Assembly (NCBI RefSeq): GCF_041886205.1
Contig: NZ_CP169029.1
Strand: one strand, 5' to 3'
Source of the DNA: Escherichia coli
GTDB taxonomy: Bacteria > Pseudomonadota > Gammaproteobacteria > Enterobacterales > Enterobacteriaceae
DNA: 64,000 nucleotides
Part shown: positions 11,661 to 22,779 of the stretch, one piece after another
Position numbering within the stretch: the first letter of the stretch is position 1
Layout: the number at the start of each line of letters is the position of its first letter
Notes under the pieces: generated by a model
Seen by the model: only the letters and a program-made list of their open reading frames with translations
The model's database searches: none
Told to the model about the DNA's origin: nothing
Program-made: the position numbers and the translations under genes

Positions 11661-13058
11661 ATTTTTACCCGAGTCGCTAATTTTTGCCGCAAGGTGCTAA
11701 GCCGCGAGGAAAGCGAGGCTGAACAGGCAGTCGCCCGTCCACAGGTGACGGTGATCCCGCGTGAGCAGCATGCTATTTCCCGCAAAGATATCAGTGAAAA
11801 TGCCCTGAAGGTAATGTACAGGCTCAATAAAGCGGGATACGAAGCCTGGCTGGTTGGCGGCGGCGTGCGCGACCTGTTACTTGGCAAAAAGCCGAAAGAT
11901 TTTGACGTAACCACTAACGCCACGCCTGAGCAGGTGCGCAAACTGTTCCGTAACTGCCGCCTGGTGGGTCGCCGTTTCCGTCTGGCTCATGTGATGTTTG
12001 GCCCGGAGATTATCGAAGTTGCAACCTTCCGTGGACACCACGAAGGTAACGTCAGCGACCGCACGACCTCCCAACGCGGGCAAAACGGCATGTTGCTGCG
12101 CGACAACATTTTCGGCTCCATCGAAGAAGACGCCCAGCGCCGCGATTTCACTATCAACAGCCTGTATTACAGCGTAGCGGATTTTACCGTCCGTGATTAC
12201 GTTGGCGGCATGAAGGATCTGAAGGACGGCGTTATCCGTCTGATTGGTAACCCGGAAACGCGCTACCGTGAAGATCCGGTACGTATGCTGCGCGCGGTAC
12301 GTTTTGCCGCCAAATTGGGTATGCGCATCAGCCCGGAAACCGCAGAACCGATCCCTCGCCTCGCTACCCTGCTGAACGATATCCCACCGGCACGCCTGTT
12401 TGAAGAATCGCTTAAACTGCTACAAGCGGGCTACGGTTACGAAACCTATAAGCTGTTGTGTGAATATCATCTGTTCCAGCCGCTGTTCCCGACCATTACC
12501 CGCTACTTCACGGAAAATGGCGACAGCCCGATGGAGCGGATCATTGAACAGGTGCTGAAGAATACCGATACGCGTATCCATAACGATATGCGCGTGAACC
12601 CGGCGTTCCTGTTTGCCGCCATGTTCTGGTACCCACTGCTGGAGACGGCACAGAAGATCGCCCAGGAAAGCGGCCTGACCTATCACGACGCTTTCGCGCT
12701 GGCGATGAACGACGTGCTGGACGAAGCCTGCCGTTCACTGGCAATCCCGAAACGTCTAACGACGTTAACCCGCGATATCTGGCAGTTGCAGTTGCGTATG
12801 TCCCGTCGTCAGGGTAAACGCGCATGGAAACTACTGGAGCATCCTAAGTTCCGTGCGGCTTATGACCTGTTGGCCTTGCGAGCTGAAGTTGAACGTAACG
12901 CTGAACTACAGCGTCTGGTGAAATGGTGGGGTGAGTTCCAGGTTTCCGCGCCACCAGATCAAAAAGGGATGCTTAACGAGTTGGATGAAGAGCCGTCACC
13001 GCGTCGCCGTACTCGTCGTCCACGCAAACGCGCACCGCGTCGTGAGGGTACCGCATGA
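11661..13058 (+). CDS. pcnB: Poly(A) polymerase I
   Basis: ORF 11640..13058; recalled N-terminus [13 protein letters not shown] aligns to an ATT codon at 11661-11663 (non-canonical start); 465 aa; basic C-terminus. Confidence 0.93.
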
Positions 13059-13534
13059 CAGTGGCGTATATTGCCATAGGCAGCAATCAGGCCTCTCCGC
13101 TGGAGCAGGTCAATGCTGCCCTGAAAGCATTAGGCGATATCCCTGAAAGCCACATTCTTGCCGTTTCTTCGTTTTACCGCACCCCACCGCTGGGGCCGCA
13201 AGATCAACCCGATTACTTAAACGCAGCCGTGGCGCTTGAAACTTCGCTCGCCCCGGAAGAGTTACTCAATCACACACAGCGTATTGAATTGCAGCAAGGT
13301 CGCGTCCGTAAAGCTGAACGCTGGGGACCGCGCACGCTGGATCTTGACATCATGCTGTTTGGTAATGAAGTGATAAATACCGAACGTCTGACCGTTCCGC
13401 ACTACGATATGAAAAATCGTGGCTTTATGTTATGGCCGCTGTTTGAGATTGCACCGGAGCTGGTTTTTCCTGATGGGGAGACGTTGGCGACAAGGCTCAC
13501 CAATTTGAACGCCTTATGCCCACAACGCTGGTGA
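13055..13534 (+). CDS. folK: 2-amino-4-hydroxy-6-hydroxymethyldihydropteridine pyrophosphokinase (HPPK)
   Basis: 159-aa ORF; ATG overlaps pcnB stop (ATGA at 13055-13058). Confidence 0.95.
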
Positions 13535-13938
13535 ACTTGCTATAGCAAAGAGTAAATTCATTCAGCGTTTTTATTACGTTTTTTTAATATTAATTCTTTC
13601 TCAAATCTAAGCATAATATTTAATAAAACGCATTTCATAGCTTTCGTGTTTTTGTCTGTGCGCTAACTATTCTGACAATAGATTAGTTAAAAAAGTCTTC
13701 ACCACCTTATTGATACATTGAAAGAATAACAGATTTAACAACACAGGCTTTTTAACGTCCAATTAATAAAAATATCACTCAAACAAATAACTAAATATTG
13801 CATATACACACAGTGAATATTATTTATTTTATCGAACTTCACATTCACCAGATCTATTTTTATTCCATTTGTATAAGCTTTATAATTTGCTGAGGTGACT
13901 CTTCTCACCTCTCTATTATTTTTATAAGGACATTAAAT
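13535..13938 (+). promoter_or_regulatory. About 400-bp strongly AT-rich upstream region of the yad fimbrial operon (probable nucleoid-protein-silenced promoter region)
   Basis: Conspicuously AT-rich, ORF-free sequence ending at an AAGGA Shine-Dalgarno before yadN. Confidence 0.55.
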
Positions 13939-14511
13939 ATGTTAAAGAAAAGCGCTATTGCTGCGGCATTAGTTATGTTTACCAGTTCGGCCTTCGCGCT
14001 GGATGGCGGCCAACTGGATTTCGCAGGTTTGGTAAGTGACAACACGTGTATCCTGCACGTCAACGGTGGTGCACAGGATGGACAAATTAACCTGGAAACC
14101 GCAACAACGGCTGAAGTTACAGGTGCTGGCGTAGTCAATGCAGCCAATGTCGGCGCGAAAGCTGAACCGTTCTCTATTACAGTGGATTGCTCAGCAAACA
14201 CGCCTGCCGCCGCTGAAGCCAATCTGAATATGAGCTCAGTTTTCTTCAGTAACAGCCAGGGCACCCTGAATAACGATATGTCCGTAAGCCAGGCGGCAAG
14301 CGGCGTCGCTATTGCCGTTCACTATGTACCAAGCGCCGGCACTTTCGAGCAGGTCAAAATCAATGACAGCACCGATATTAAAAACCTCACGTTAACCAAC
14401 GGTAAAGGGACCTGGAACTTCCAGGCATCTTACGTTAAGCAGGCAGCGTCGATTCCTGTCGTTGCCGGGTTTGTGAAAACCAACGCGGCTTATACGATCA
14501 CTTACCCGTAA
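13939..14511 (+). CDS. yadN: Fimbrial major subunit (chaperone-usher family)
   Basis: 190-aa ORF with signal peptide and C-terminal beta-strand TITYP; first gene of fimbrial operon. Confidence 0.8.
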   Translation: MLKKSAIAAALVMFTSSAFALDGGQLDFAGLVSDNTCILHVNGGAQDGQINLETATTAEVTGAGVVNAANVGAKAEPFSITVDCSANTPAAAEANLNMSSVFFSNSQGTLNNDMSVSQAASGVAIAVHYVPSAGTFEQVKINDSTDIKNLTLTNGKGTWNFQASYVKQAASIPVVAGFVKTNAAYTITYP

Positions 14512-14573
14512 TTCAGATACAGACCAGGCAGTCGATGTCGGGCTGCCTGTATGACTTTAATAAGGACATCATT

Positions 14574-15317
14574 ATGACCAGGACGCGTCAGTTACTCCTT
14601 GCTTCACTTTTCACCTGCGCAGGTGCATTAGCCAGCTTTTCTGCCTGTGCCGATATTGTGCTTTCCGGCACGCGTATTATTTACAACGCAAACCAGAAAG
14701 AAGTCTCCCTGCGTATGGAAAACAAAGGCAGCCGCCCGCTGCTGGTACAAACCTGGATCGATACCGGGAGTGAAAACGCGGATCCCAGCACCATCACCGT
14801 GCCTTTTACCGTCACGCCACCGGTCTCTCGTGTGGACGGTAAACGTGGGCAGACGGTGAAAATCGCCTGGAATACCAGCCAAACGTTGCCCGCCGATCGC
14901 GAAAGTGTTTTCTGGTTCAATGCGCTGGAAGTCCCCCCCAAAATGAGCGAGACCGAGGCTCAGGGGAAAAATATCCTGCAACTGGCGTTCCGCACCCGCA
15001 TCAAGCTGTTTTATCGCCCGGCTAACCTGGTCGGCAGCGCCCCGGACGCCCCCAAACAACTGACCTGGCATCTGCAATCCTCTGGCGGGAAAGTTGTGCT
15101 TCAGGCCACTAACCCAACGCCATTTCACGTCTCTTTCAGCAGCATTAGCCTGATTTCGGGCGGAAAAAAATACGCCGTCGACGCCACGATGGTCTCCCCA
15201 AAAAGCAGCGCTGACATGACAGTGAAAGGTCTGAGCACTGCATCTGCTGGTGCAACGATTGAATATACCGCCATTAATGACTTCGGCGGTGCCATTGAAG
15301 GCAAAGTGAAGCTTTGA
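14574..15317 (+). CDS. yadV: Periplasmic fimbrial chaperone (PapD-like)
   Basis: ORF 14535..15317; start placed at ATG 14574 after AAGGA (MTRTRQLLLASLF... signal peptide); chaperone motifs LLVQTWID, FWFNALEVPP. Confidence 0.82.
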   Translation: MTRTRQLLLASLFTCAGALASFSACADIVLSGTRIIYNANQKEVSLRMENKGSRPLLVQTWIDTGSENADPSTITVPFTVTPPVSRVDGKRGQTVKIAWNTSQTLPADRESVFWFNALEVPPKMSETEAQGKNILQLAFRTRIKLFYRPANLVGSAPDAPKQLTWHLQSSGGKVVLQATNPTPFHVSFSSISLISGGKKYAVDATMVSPKSSADMTVKGLSTASAGATIEYTAINDFGGAIEGKVKL

Positions 15318-15347
15318 CGCACTGACTAACTACGCAGGGATTGCACA

Positions 15348-17969
15348 ATGACGACGCCTTTCAACGGCACAAAATTTCCCCTCTCTCCACTCGCTTGTCT
15401 GGTGGCGTTCAGTCTGCTGCCCTGCGCCTACAGCGCCATGGCGGCAGAGGAAGCTGTTGAATTTGATAACACCTTCCTGATGGGGGCCGGTGCCAAAAAT
15501 ATCGACGTCAATCGCTACAGTGATGGCAACCCCGCATTGCCAGGCCGTCACGACGTAAGCGTGTTTATCAACAATAAGCCGATCAGCAATCTGTCCATGG
15601 AGTTTATTGAAATAGCGAATAGCCGTAGCGCCAAACCCTGTATCTCTGCCAGCACCCTGCTCCAGCTGCATATTCGCCTGCCGGATAATCTCGACGATAC
15701 GGCGATTTTGCAAAAGCGCGACAGTACCGCGCAGGACTGTCTTAATCTTGAGGTCGCCATTCCCCAGTCCAGCCTCACCTATAACAGTAACGATCAGCGG
15801 ATGGACATTAATGTGCCTCAGCTGTGGTTACAAAAAACTTACGCTAACTATGTGGATCCTTCCCTGTGGGACGAAGGGATCAACGCAGCCATGTTTTCTT
15901 ACACGCTGAATGGCTGGCGCAGTGAATCGCCCGATCAAACCGCAGAGAGTACCTATGCCGGGCTGATGGGCGGCTTTAATTTATGGGGATGGCATTTCCG
16001 TTCGCACGGCAACTATTCATGGGACAAAGAGAGTGGCGGCAGTTTCGAGTTCCAGGACAAGTACCTGCAACGTGATATCACCAGGCTGCGGTCACAACTG
16101 GTTGTCGGTGAAACCAACACTACGGGGGAAACCTTTGATTCCGTTCGTATTCGCGGTGTTCGTCTCTACAGCGAAAGCCGCATGCTGCCACCGACGCTCG
16201 CCTCTTACGCGCCGGTGATCCGTGGGGTCGCGAACTCCAACGCCAAAGTAACAATTACCCAGAACGGCTACAAGATTTACGAAACGACGGTGCCGCCAGG
16301 CCCCTTTGCTATCGATGATTTGTCGCCAGCCGGATTTGGTGCCGATCTCGAAGTCACGGTCACCGAGTCTGACGGCTCACAGCGAACATTCACTCAGGCC
16401 TATTCGTCGGTGATCCAGATGATGCGCCCCGGCGTGGGCAAATGGGACATCAGCGCGGGTGAAATCAAAAAAGATGAGCTGAAGGACAAGCCCAATCTGA
16501 TACAGGGAACGTACTACTACGGGTTAAGTAATACGTTTACCGGCTATACCGGCCTGCAAATGACCGATAACGGCTACTGGGCCGGATTGTTAGGCCTTGG
16601 GATGAACACCTCATTGGGGGCATTTTCTCTTGATGTGACGCAGTCGCACACCGAAATCCCCAACGACAAAACCTATGAGGGCCAGAGCTACCGTATTTCG
16701 TGGAACAAATATTTTGCACCGACCGAAACGTCACTCAACATTGCGGCCTATCGCTACTCGACAAAAAACTATCTCGGTTTGAACGACGCCCTGACGCTGA
16801 TCAACGCTGCTAACCATCCTTATGATGAAGGTTACAAGGGAATCGTCTCCTATGGGCGTATGAAAAACCAGTTCAGCGTCAGCCTCAACCAGACGTTAAA
16901 AAATAGCGAGCGGGATTATGGTTCCTTCTACTTGAACGGGACATGGACGGACTACTGGGCCACTAATGAATCACAGAGTAGTTTTGCGTTTGGTTACAGC
17001 AGCGGCTTTGACTGGGCCAGCTACAGCGTCAGCCTGCAACGTACCTATGACGAAGACAATAACAAAGATGACTCTATCTATCTCAGCCTGACCATTCCGC
17101 TGGACAAACTGTTCGGCAGCGATAGCCGCGAAGGTGGCTTTAGGACACTGAATACCAGCGTCAACAGCGATATGAAGGGCAGTTCGCAATACAACGCTAA
17201 TGCCACCGGCTACAGCCAGGACAACCGCTGGAACTACAGCGTCAACACCTCCTATAACGCATTGAAAGAGACGGAAAGCCTGAAAACCATCAGTGGTTTC
17301 ACCAGCTATGAGTCACCCTGGGACACCCTTTCCGGTTCCGTCTCCGCCAGTAGCGACCACAGTCGTCAGTATGGCGTGAGTACCGATGGCGGCTTTGTGT
17401 TACATCGCCACGGGCTTACGTTCAGTAACGACAGCTTTACCGATTCAGACACGCTGGCGCTGGTCAACGCCCCCGGCGCGAAAGGTGCGCAAATTAACTT
17501 TGGCAGCAGTACCGTGGACCGATTTGGCTACGGGGTAACCAGTGCGCTTTCTCCGTATCATGAAAACACCGTCGCCCTCAACGTGGACAACCTGGATGAA
17601 GATGTGGAACTGAAAAGCACCAGCACCGTCGCGATCCCGCGCCAGGGTGCGATTATCTTCAGCCATTTCGACACCGACACCGGGCGTTCAGCCATTCTTA
17701 ACCTGCTGCGCAGTGATAAGCAGCCCGTACCGTTTGCTTCCGATGTGACAGACAGCAGCGGGCAGTCCATCGGCACAGTTGGGCAAGGGAGCCAGGCTTT
17801 CGTTCGCGGCATTGCCGACGAAGGGGAGCTGGTGGTTTCCTGGTATGAAAAAAATAGCCAGAAACAGTGCCGCATTCACTACCAGATACCGCCCTCTCCC
17901 ACCATGACGGGCAAAACTATCGTATTAAACGCCGTGCCCTGCACCCTGCAATCACAGGAGAGGAAATGA
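15348..17969 (+). CDS. htrE: Fimbrial outer-membrane usher
   Basis: 873-aa ORF with signal peptide; position between chaperone and minor subunits. Confidence 0.88.
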   Translation: MTTPFNGTKFPLSPLACLVAFSLLPCAYSAMAAEEAVEFDNTFLMGAGAKNIDVNRYSDGNPALPGRHDVSVFINNKPISNLSMEFIEIANSRSAKPCISASTLLQLHIRLPDNLDDTAILQKRDSTAQDCLNLEVAIPQSSLTYNSNDQRMDINVPQLWLQKTYANYVDPSLWDEGINAAMFSYTLNGWRSESPDQTAESTYAGLMGGFNLWGWHFRSHGNYSWDKESGGSFEFQDKYLQRDITRLRSQLVVGETNTTGETFDSVRIRGVRLYSESRMLPPTLASYAPVIRGVANSNAKVTITQNGYKIYETTVPPGPFAIDDLSPAGFGADLEVTVTESDGSQRTFTQAYSSVIQMMRPGVGKWDISAGEIKKDELKDKPNLIQGTYYYGLSNTFTGYTGLQMTDNGYWAGLLGLGMNTSLGAFSLDVTQSHTEIPNDKTYEGQSYRISWNKYFAPTETSLNIAAYRYSTKNYLGLNDALTLINAANHPYDEGYKGIVSYGRMKNQFSVSLNQTLKNSERDYGSFYLNGTWTDYWATNESQSSFAFGYSSGFDWASYSVSLQRTYDEDNNKDDSIYLSLTIPLDKLFGSDSREGGFRTLNTSVNSDMKGSSQYNANATGYSQDNRWNYSVNTSYNALKETESLKTISGFTSYESPWDTLSGSVSASSDHSRQYGVSTDGGFVLHRHGLTFSNDSFTDSDTLALVNAPGAKGAQINFGSSTVDRFGYGVTSALSPYHENTVALNVDNLDEDVELKSTSTVAIPRQGAIIFSHFDTDTGRSAILNLLRSDKQPVPFASDVTDSSGQSIGTVGQGSQAFVRGIADEGELVVSWYEKNSQKQCRIHYQIPPSPTMTGKTIVLNAVPCTLQSQERK

Positions 17970-18538
17970 GATTCTTTTTACGGTTAACACTGTTATTAAC
18001 GACGCTGTTCAATGCATCGTGGGCATTGGCTGTCGAAATTTCGGTTAATTTTACCGCGACAATCAAAGAGACCACCTGCGCCATGACGGTGAGCGCGCTC
18101 AATGGCGCGAATATTAGCGGTGACTCGGCGTCAGAAAACTACTTTCTGGATATACCCGCAATGGGGGTTTCTGATATCACCAATAAAACGTCCAAAACCG
18201 AAGCCAGCTTTAAGTTGTTGCCGATTAACTGTAATAACTACATCTCCAGCATGTCGATGACCATTGGCGGTAAACACAGCGATTATACCGACACGCTGCT
18301 GGTGAATGAATCCTCGGTAACAGGCGGCGCAAATTATATTGGCGTGGGCTTTAAACGACTCAATGACGATGACAGCCTGCGGTTTAAGGTGGATGGAACA
18401 ACGTCAATTAACTGGACACGAAATGATATTGCCAATGGATTTGATATTACAGGGATAGTTCGCCAGACAACCTCATCTCATACCATGGAACCAGGTACAG
18501 TTCAGACAAAAGCGATATTCGTTTTTACTTATAACTAA
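17966..18538 (+). CDS. yadM: Fimbrial minor subunit
   Basis: ORF 17867..18538; start refined to ATG 17966 overlapping htrE stop (ATGA); signal peptide MRFFLRLTLLLTTLFNASWA. Confidence 0.75.
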   Translation: MRFFLRLTLLLTTLFNASWALAVEISVNFTATIKETTCAMTVSALNGANISGDSASENYFLDIPAMGVSDITNKTSKTEASFKLLPINCNNYISSMSMTIGGKHSDYTDTLLVNESSVTGGANYIGVGFKRLNDDDSLRFKVDGTTSINWTRNDIANGFDITGIVRQTTSSHTMEPGTVQTKAIFVFTYN

Positions 18539-18550
18539 CAGGGATGGTGT

Positions 18551-19147
18551 ATGAATTATCAACGCATAATTGTGGCGCTACTGTTGATCATCGGAATAAA
18601 TACGCAAAGTCTGGCCGGTTCCAGTACGTTGAACGTGACGGTGAGGACAACCGTTACCGCCAGTACCTGCACAGCAGAACTTCACAATGCGCAAGACCTG
18701 CAAGCAACAACGATTGATATTGGTGATGTCTATCTGAACGAACTTGCAAATAAGACTAAATATCAGAATTTCAGCCTGGTATTTTCAAATTGTGAAGGAT
18801 TAGCCAAAGATCAGGCGACCGTCACACTTTCGCCGCAAACAGGCTGCGATGGTGCTTCCAGTACGGGTGGCGGATTTCGCAACGCACTGGCCTCCAGCAA
18901 CAATGATGCCGCAACCGGCGTATCGATTGAAGTATGGACGACCAATCAGCCGGAAGGTCAGGGAAGTGTGCAGCTAAACTGCAAAACAAAACCGACCAGT
19001 ATTGTTGATCTGACGGGCGCGTCAGGTGTGAACGTTGTCCACTGGTGGTTAAGCTCCAGAATTGTCGTCGCCGCGGATAACACTATCGCCGATGTACGCG
19101 CGGGACAGTTCTCCACTAATGCTGTCTTTTCAGTAACCTATGAGTAA
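18551..19147 (+). CDS. yadL: Fimbrial minor subunit
   Basis: 198-aa ORF with signal peptide and pilin-like C-terminus. Confidence 0.78.
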   Translation: MNYQRIIVALLLIIGINTQSLAGSSTLNVTVRTTVTASTCTAELHNAQDLQATTIDIGDVYLNELANKTKYQNFSLVFSNCEGLAKDQATVTLSPQTGCDGASSTGGGFRNALASSNNDAATGVSIEVWTTNQPEGQGSVQLNCKTKPTSIVDLTGASGVNVVHWWLSSRIVVAADNTIADVRAGQFSTNAVFSVTYE

Positions 19148-19153
19148 ACGACG

Positions 19154-19726
19154 ATGAAATCACGCTTTCGACTGTTCGTTTCCAGCTTAGGGTTTATTTC
19201 AGCGGTCTGTATTGCCAACACCAATATTAATATGACCGCCAACGTTGTCAGCACCAGTTGCAAAGTCACGCTCGACAATAGCGGCAGCATTGATTTGGGC
19301 ACCGTAGATTACAACTATCTGAACACAAATACTGCTGTCGATCGCGTTTATACCGGTGGCCAGGCGTTCTACATTACTGTCAGCGACTGCGCGCAGGTTG
19401 CAGGGAAAAATCCTTCCCGTCTTACGGTGAGTTTTACGCCCGTCGGGGGCACCCTCGGCGCAACCAATCAACAGGTTTTCGCCAATCAGGCTGCCGATGG
19501 CGCTAAAAATGTCGGCATCGTAATTTTATCCACCCAGGATGCGCAAAGTATTTTCAATGTGCTGGACACCCACGGCCAACCGCAAAGTATTTATCCCGTG
19601 AGCGCGGATCAGTTAGTCAATGCTACTTACCATTTTTATGCACGGATGCAGAAGATCGACCTGACGCAAGCCGCGACCGGTGGTGTCGTGCGGGCCAGTG
19701 TGTTTGTCGGTGTTTATTATGAATAA
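19154..19726 (+). CDS. yadK: Fimbrial minor subunit
   Basis: 190-aa ORF with signal peptide and pilin-like C-terminus (VFVGVYYE). Confidence 0.78.
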   Translation: MKSRFRLFVSSLGFISAVCIANTNINMTANVVSTSCKVTLDNSGSIDLGTVDYNYLNTNTAVDRVYTGGQAFYITVSDCAQVAGKNPSRLTVSFTPVGGTLGATNQQVFANQAADGAKNVGIVILSTQDAQSIFNVLDTHGQPQSIYPVSADQLVNATYHFYARMQKIDLTQAATGGVVRASVFVGVYYE

Positions 19727-19752
19727 TCTTATTCGTTCTCAAGGATGATGAA

Positions 19753-20973
19753 ATGAACCGTTTTCTGTTACCTAAATGGGCCAAAATTTTACTGCTTTTA
19801 TTGCCCTTATATTCTGGTTACTTGCAAGCCGCAAATACATTGATCGTTGGCAGTAAAACAACCTCTGACGGTAGTGGTATCAATAAAAACAGAGGCCCGG
19901 CCGGCGACGGTTATTCCACAACCACCTTCACCACCGGTAACAGTCAGATTGTTATCGGCCGCGCCACTACGCTGCAATACAGTAATATCAAAATCCAGCT
20001 ACAGGCCGATACCGCAGGCAATGGTAACACGGGGGTCATTTACTGTGCACCAGGGGGGATGGGCGGACCCATTTCACTGGAAAGTCATTTTGTCGCAAGC
20101 CCCTACGTCTATAATAATCACAAGCTTTTCAAAACCAACATGCCAGGGCTGTATTTTACCATGCGCATGTATAATTTATGGTCCTATGCTCTGACGTCAT
20201 CAGAAGACTTTTATATCGGCGATACCAATCCATACTCTTTGAATCTACACTCAACGATATGCGCGAAATCTCTCGGTTGGTACCAGACCCTTGGTGGGTT
20301 AGTTGCTAGTATCGACATTGATTTTTATAACGACGCCACATTTGACCCCAACGCCAGCGGCAGTGTTGCTCTACTGAGTGATACCACCTATCACTACTCG
20401 TTGAAAAACCAGTCTCCCGGGGGGAATCTCGTTACCAAAACTATTTATCAGACCTTCAATATGGGGAATGTCACATTAACCTCTCCAACCTGTTCGTCGG
20501 CGATACTCTCCGGCAGCAGCGTCAGTAAGGGCGACACGGTAGGATTGGGCGAATACAGTTCGAAAGAGGTTATCGACGGCCTGAACGGCGTGCCTTTTTC
20601 AATTGTGCTGAAAGGGTGTTATCGGGTAACCAATATTGATGTCAAACTGACTACTGGGGCGCCTGCGGTATCGACGTCGCTATTGGGCAACTCGCTGACA
20701 ACCAATGCTGCCAGCGGCGTAGGCGTAGAAATTAAAGGCGAGTCCAACTCGCATTATCCTGAAGTGGTGCTCAAGCCAAACGACGCTTCCTCAATCTATA
20801 AAGCATATGGCGATAACCCGGAAACCTCAAACGGTATTATTGGCAGCAATGCTTCGGGTTCGCCTGCCGACCAGACGCTGAATTTTACCGCGACGCTCAA
20901 GCAGGATGGTAATCAGCAAATCCGGGGCGGAGATTTCAAAGCGACGGGAGTCTTCTCCATCACCTACCCCTGA
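19753..20973 (+). CDS. yadC: Fimbrial tip adhesin-like subunit
   Basis: 406-aa ORF with signal peptide, two-domain size typical of tip adhesins, pilin C-terminus GVFSITYP. Confidence 0.8.
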   Translation: MNRFLLPKWAKILLLLLPLYSGYLQAANTLIVGSKTTSDGSGINKNRGPAGDGYSTTTFTTGNSQIVIGRATTLQYSNIKIQLQADTAGNGNTGVIYCAPGGMGGPISLESHFVASPYVYNNHKLFKTNMPGLYFTMRMYNLWSYALTSSEDFYIGDTNPYSLNLHSTICAKSLGWYQTLGGLVASIDIDFYNDATFDPNASGSVALLSDTTYHYSLKNQSPGGNLVTKTIYQTFNMGNVTLTSPTCSSAILSGSSVSKGDTVGLGEYSSKEVIDGLNGVPFSIVLKGCYRVTNIDVKLTTGAPAVSTSLLGNSLTTNAASGVGVEIKGESNSHYPEVVLKPNDASSIYKAYGDNPETSNGIIGSNASGSPADQTLNFTATLKQDGNQQIRGGDFKATGVFSITYP

Positions 20974-20980
20974 GTAAAAT

Positions 20981-21006
20981 CCCGGCAGTTAACCCTGCCG
21001 GTTTTG
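20981..21006 (+). terminator. Rho-independent terminator of the yad fimbrial operon (ccggcag/ctgccgg then TTTTG)
   Basis: Hairpin plus T-run right after yadC stop. Confidence 0.7.
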
Positions 21007-21090
21007 ACCACAAAGGGCTAACACTCATCACTCACATCCCCTACAATGCCCTCATACTATTGATGATATTTATGGCTAACAGGGGTTATG

Positions 21091-21885
21091 ATGAAACCGA
21101 CCACCATCTCCTTATTGCAGAAGTACAAACAAGAAAAAAAACGTTTTGCGACCATCACCGCTTATGACTACAGCTTCGCGAAACTCTTTGCTGATGAAGG
21201 ACTTAACGTCATGCTGGTAGGCGACTCGCTGGGCATGACGGTTCAGGGTCACGACTCCACCCTGCCGGTGACCGTTGCCGATATCGCCTACCACACTGCC
21301 TCCGTACGTCGTGGTGCGCCAAACTGCCTGCTGTTGGCTGACCTGCCGTTTATGGCGTATGCCACGCCGGAACAAGCCTTTGAAAACGCCGCAACGGTTA
21401 TGCGTGCCGGGGCCAATATGGTCAAAATTGAGGGCGGTGAGTGGCTGGTCGAAACCGTAAAAATGCTGACCGAACGTGCCGTTCCTGTATGTGGTCACTT
21501 AGGTTTAACCCCACAGTCAGTGAATATTTTCGGTGGCTACAAAGTTCAGGGGCGCGGCGATGAAGCGGGCGATCAACTGCTCAGCGATGCATTAGCCTTA
21601 GAAGCCGCTGGGGCACAGCTGCTGGTGCTGGAATGCGTGCCGGTTGAACTGGCAAAACGTATTACCGAAGCACTGGCGATCCCGGTTATTGGCATTGGCG
21701 CAGGCAACGTCACTGACGGGCAGATCCTCGTGATGCACGACGCCTTCGGCATTACCGGCGGTCACATTCCTAAATTCGCTAAAAATTTCCTCGCCGAAAC
21801 GGGCGACATCCGCGCGGCTGTGCGGCAGTATATGGCTGAAGTGGAGTCCGGCGTTTATCCGGGCGAAGAACACAGTTTCCATTAA
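21091..21885 (+). CDS. panB: 3-methyl-2-oxobutanoate hydroxymethyltransferase
   Basis: ORF 21088..21885 (MMKPTT...); second ATG at 21091 gives the 264-aa form. Confidence 0.95.
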   Translation: MKPTTISLLQKYKQEKKRFATITAYDYSFAKLFADEGLNVMLVGDSLGMTVQGHDSTLPVTVADIAYHTASVRRGAPNCLLLADLPFMAYATPEQAFENAATVMRAGANMVKIEGGEWLVETVKMLTERAVPVCGHLGLTPQSVNIFGGYKVQGRGDEAGDQLLSDALALEAAGAQLLVLECVPVELAKRITEALAIPVIGIGAGNVTDGQILVMHDAFGITGGHIPKFAKNFLAETGDIRAAVRQYMAEVESGVYPGEEHSFH

Positions 21886-21896
21886 GGAGTCACGTT

Positions 21897-22748
21897 GTGT
21901 TAATTATCGAAACCCTGCCGCTGCTGCGTCAGCAAATTCGCCGCCTGCGTATGGAAGGCAAGCGCGTGGCGCTGGTGCCTACTATGGGTAATCTGCACGA
22001 TGGCCATATGAAGCTGGTCGACGAAGCCAAAGCCCGCGCCGATGTGGTCGTCGTCAGTATTTTCGTTAACCCGATGCAGTTCGACCGCCCGGAAGATCTG
22101 GCACGTTATCCACGGACCTTGCAAGAGGACTGCGAAAAGCTAAACAAACGTAAAGTGGATTTAGTTTTCACCCCTTCGGTAAAAGAGATCTACCCGAACG
22201 GTACTGAAACCCATACTTACGTTGACGTTCCCGGGCTTTCGACCATGCTGGAAGGCGCGAGCCGTCCGGGGCATTTTCGCGGCGTTTCGACTATCGTCAG
22301 CAAGCTGTTTAACCTGGTCCAGCCGGACATCGCCTGCTTCGGTGAAAAGGACTTTCAGCAACTGGCGCTAATCCGCAAAATGGTTGCCGATATGGGCTTC
22401 GATATTGAAATTGTCGGCGTCCCGATTATGCGCGCCAAAGATGGCCTTGCGCTCAGTTCCCGTAATGGTTATCTGACGGCGGAACAACGCAAAATTGCGC
22501 CCGGTCTGTACAAAGTTTTAAGTTCAATTGCCGACAAATTGCAGGCTGGCGAGCGGGATCTTGATGAAATTATTGCCATTGCAGGGCAAGAACTGAATGA
22601 AAAAGGCTTCCGCGCCGATGATATTCAGATTCGCGATGCCGACACGTTGCTGGAAGTCTCTGAAACCAGCAAACGAGCTGTAATTCTGGTAGCCGCCTGG
22701 CTTGGCGATGCCCGCCTGATCGACAACAAAATCGTCGAACTGGCGTAA
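21897..22748 (+). CDS. panC: Pantoate-beta-alanine ligase (pantothenate synthetase)
   Basis: 283-aa ORF beginning at GTG 21897 ([10 protein letters not shown]...); HDGH motif. Confidence 0.95.
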   Translation: MLIIETLPLLRQQIRRLRMEGKRVALVPTMGNLHDGHMKLVDEAKARADVVVVSIFVNPMQFDRPEDLARYPRTLQEDCEKLNKRKVDLVFTPSVKEIYPNGTETHTYVDVPGLSTMLEGASRPGHFRGVSTIVSKLFNLVQPDIACFGEKDFQQLALIRKMVADMGFDIEIVGVPIMRAKDGLALSSRNGYLTAEQRKIAPGLYKVLSSIADKLQAGERDLDEIIAIAGQELNEKGFRADDIQIRDADTLLEVSETSKRAVILVAAWLGDARLIDNKIVELA

Positions 22749-22779
22749 TGCTTTTACTCTAAATAATTCAAGTTGCAGG

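Noticed and set aside
14628-15128. 166-aa minus-strand ORF inside yadV and other ORFs nested in fimbrial genes
   Set aside because: Opposite-strand frames within well-supported secreted fimbrial proteins; no independent signals.
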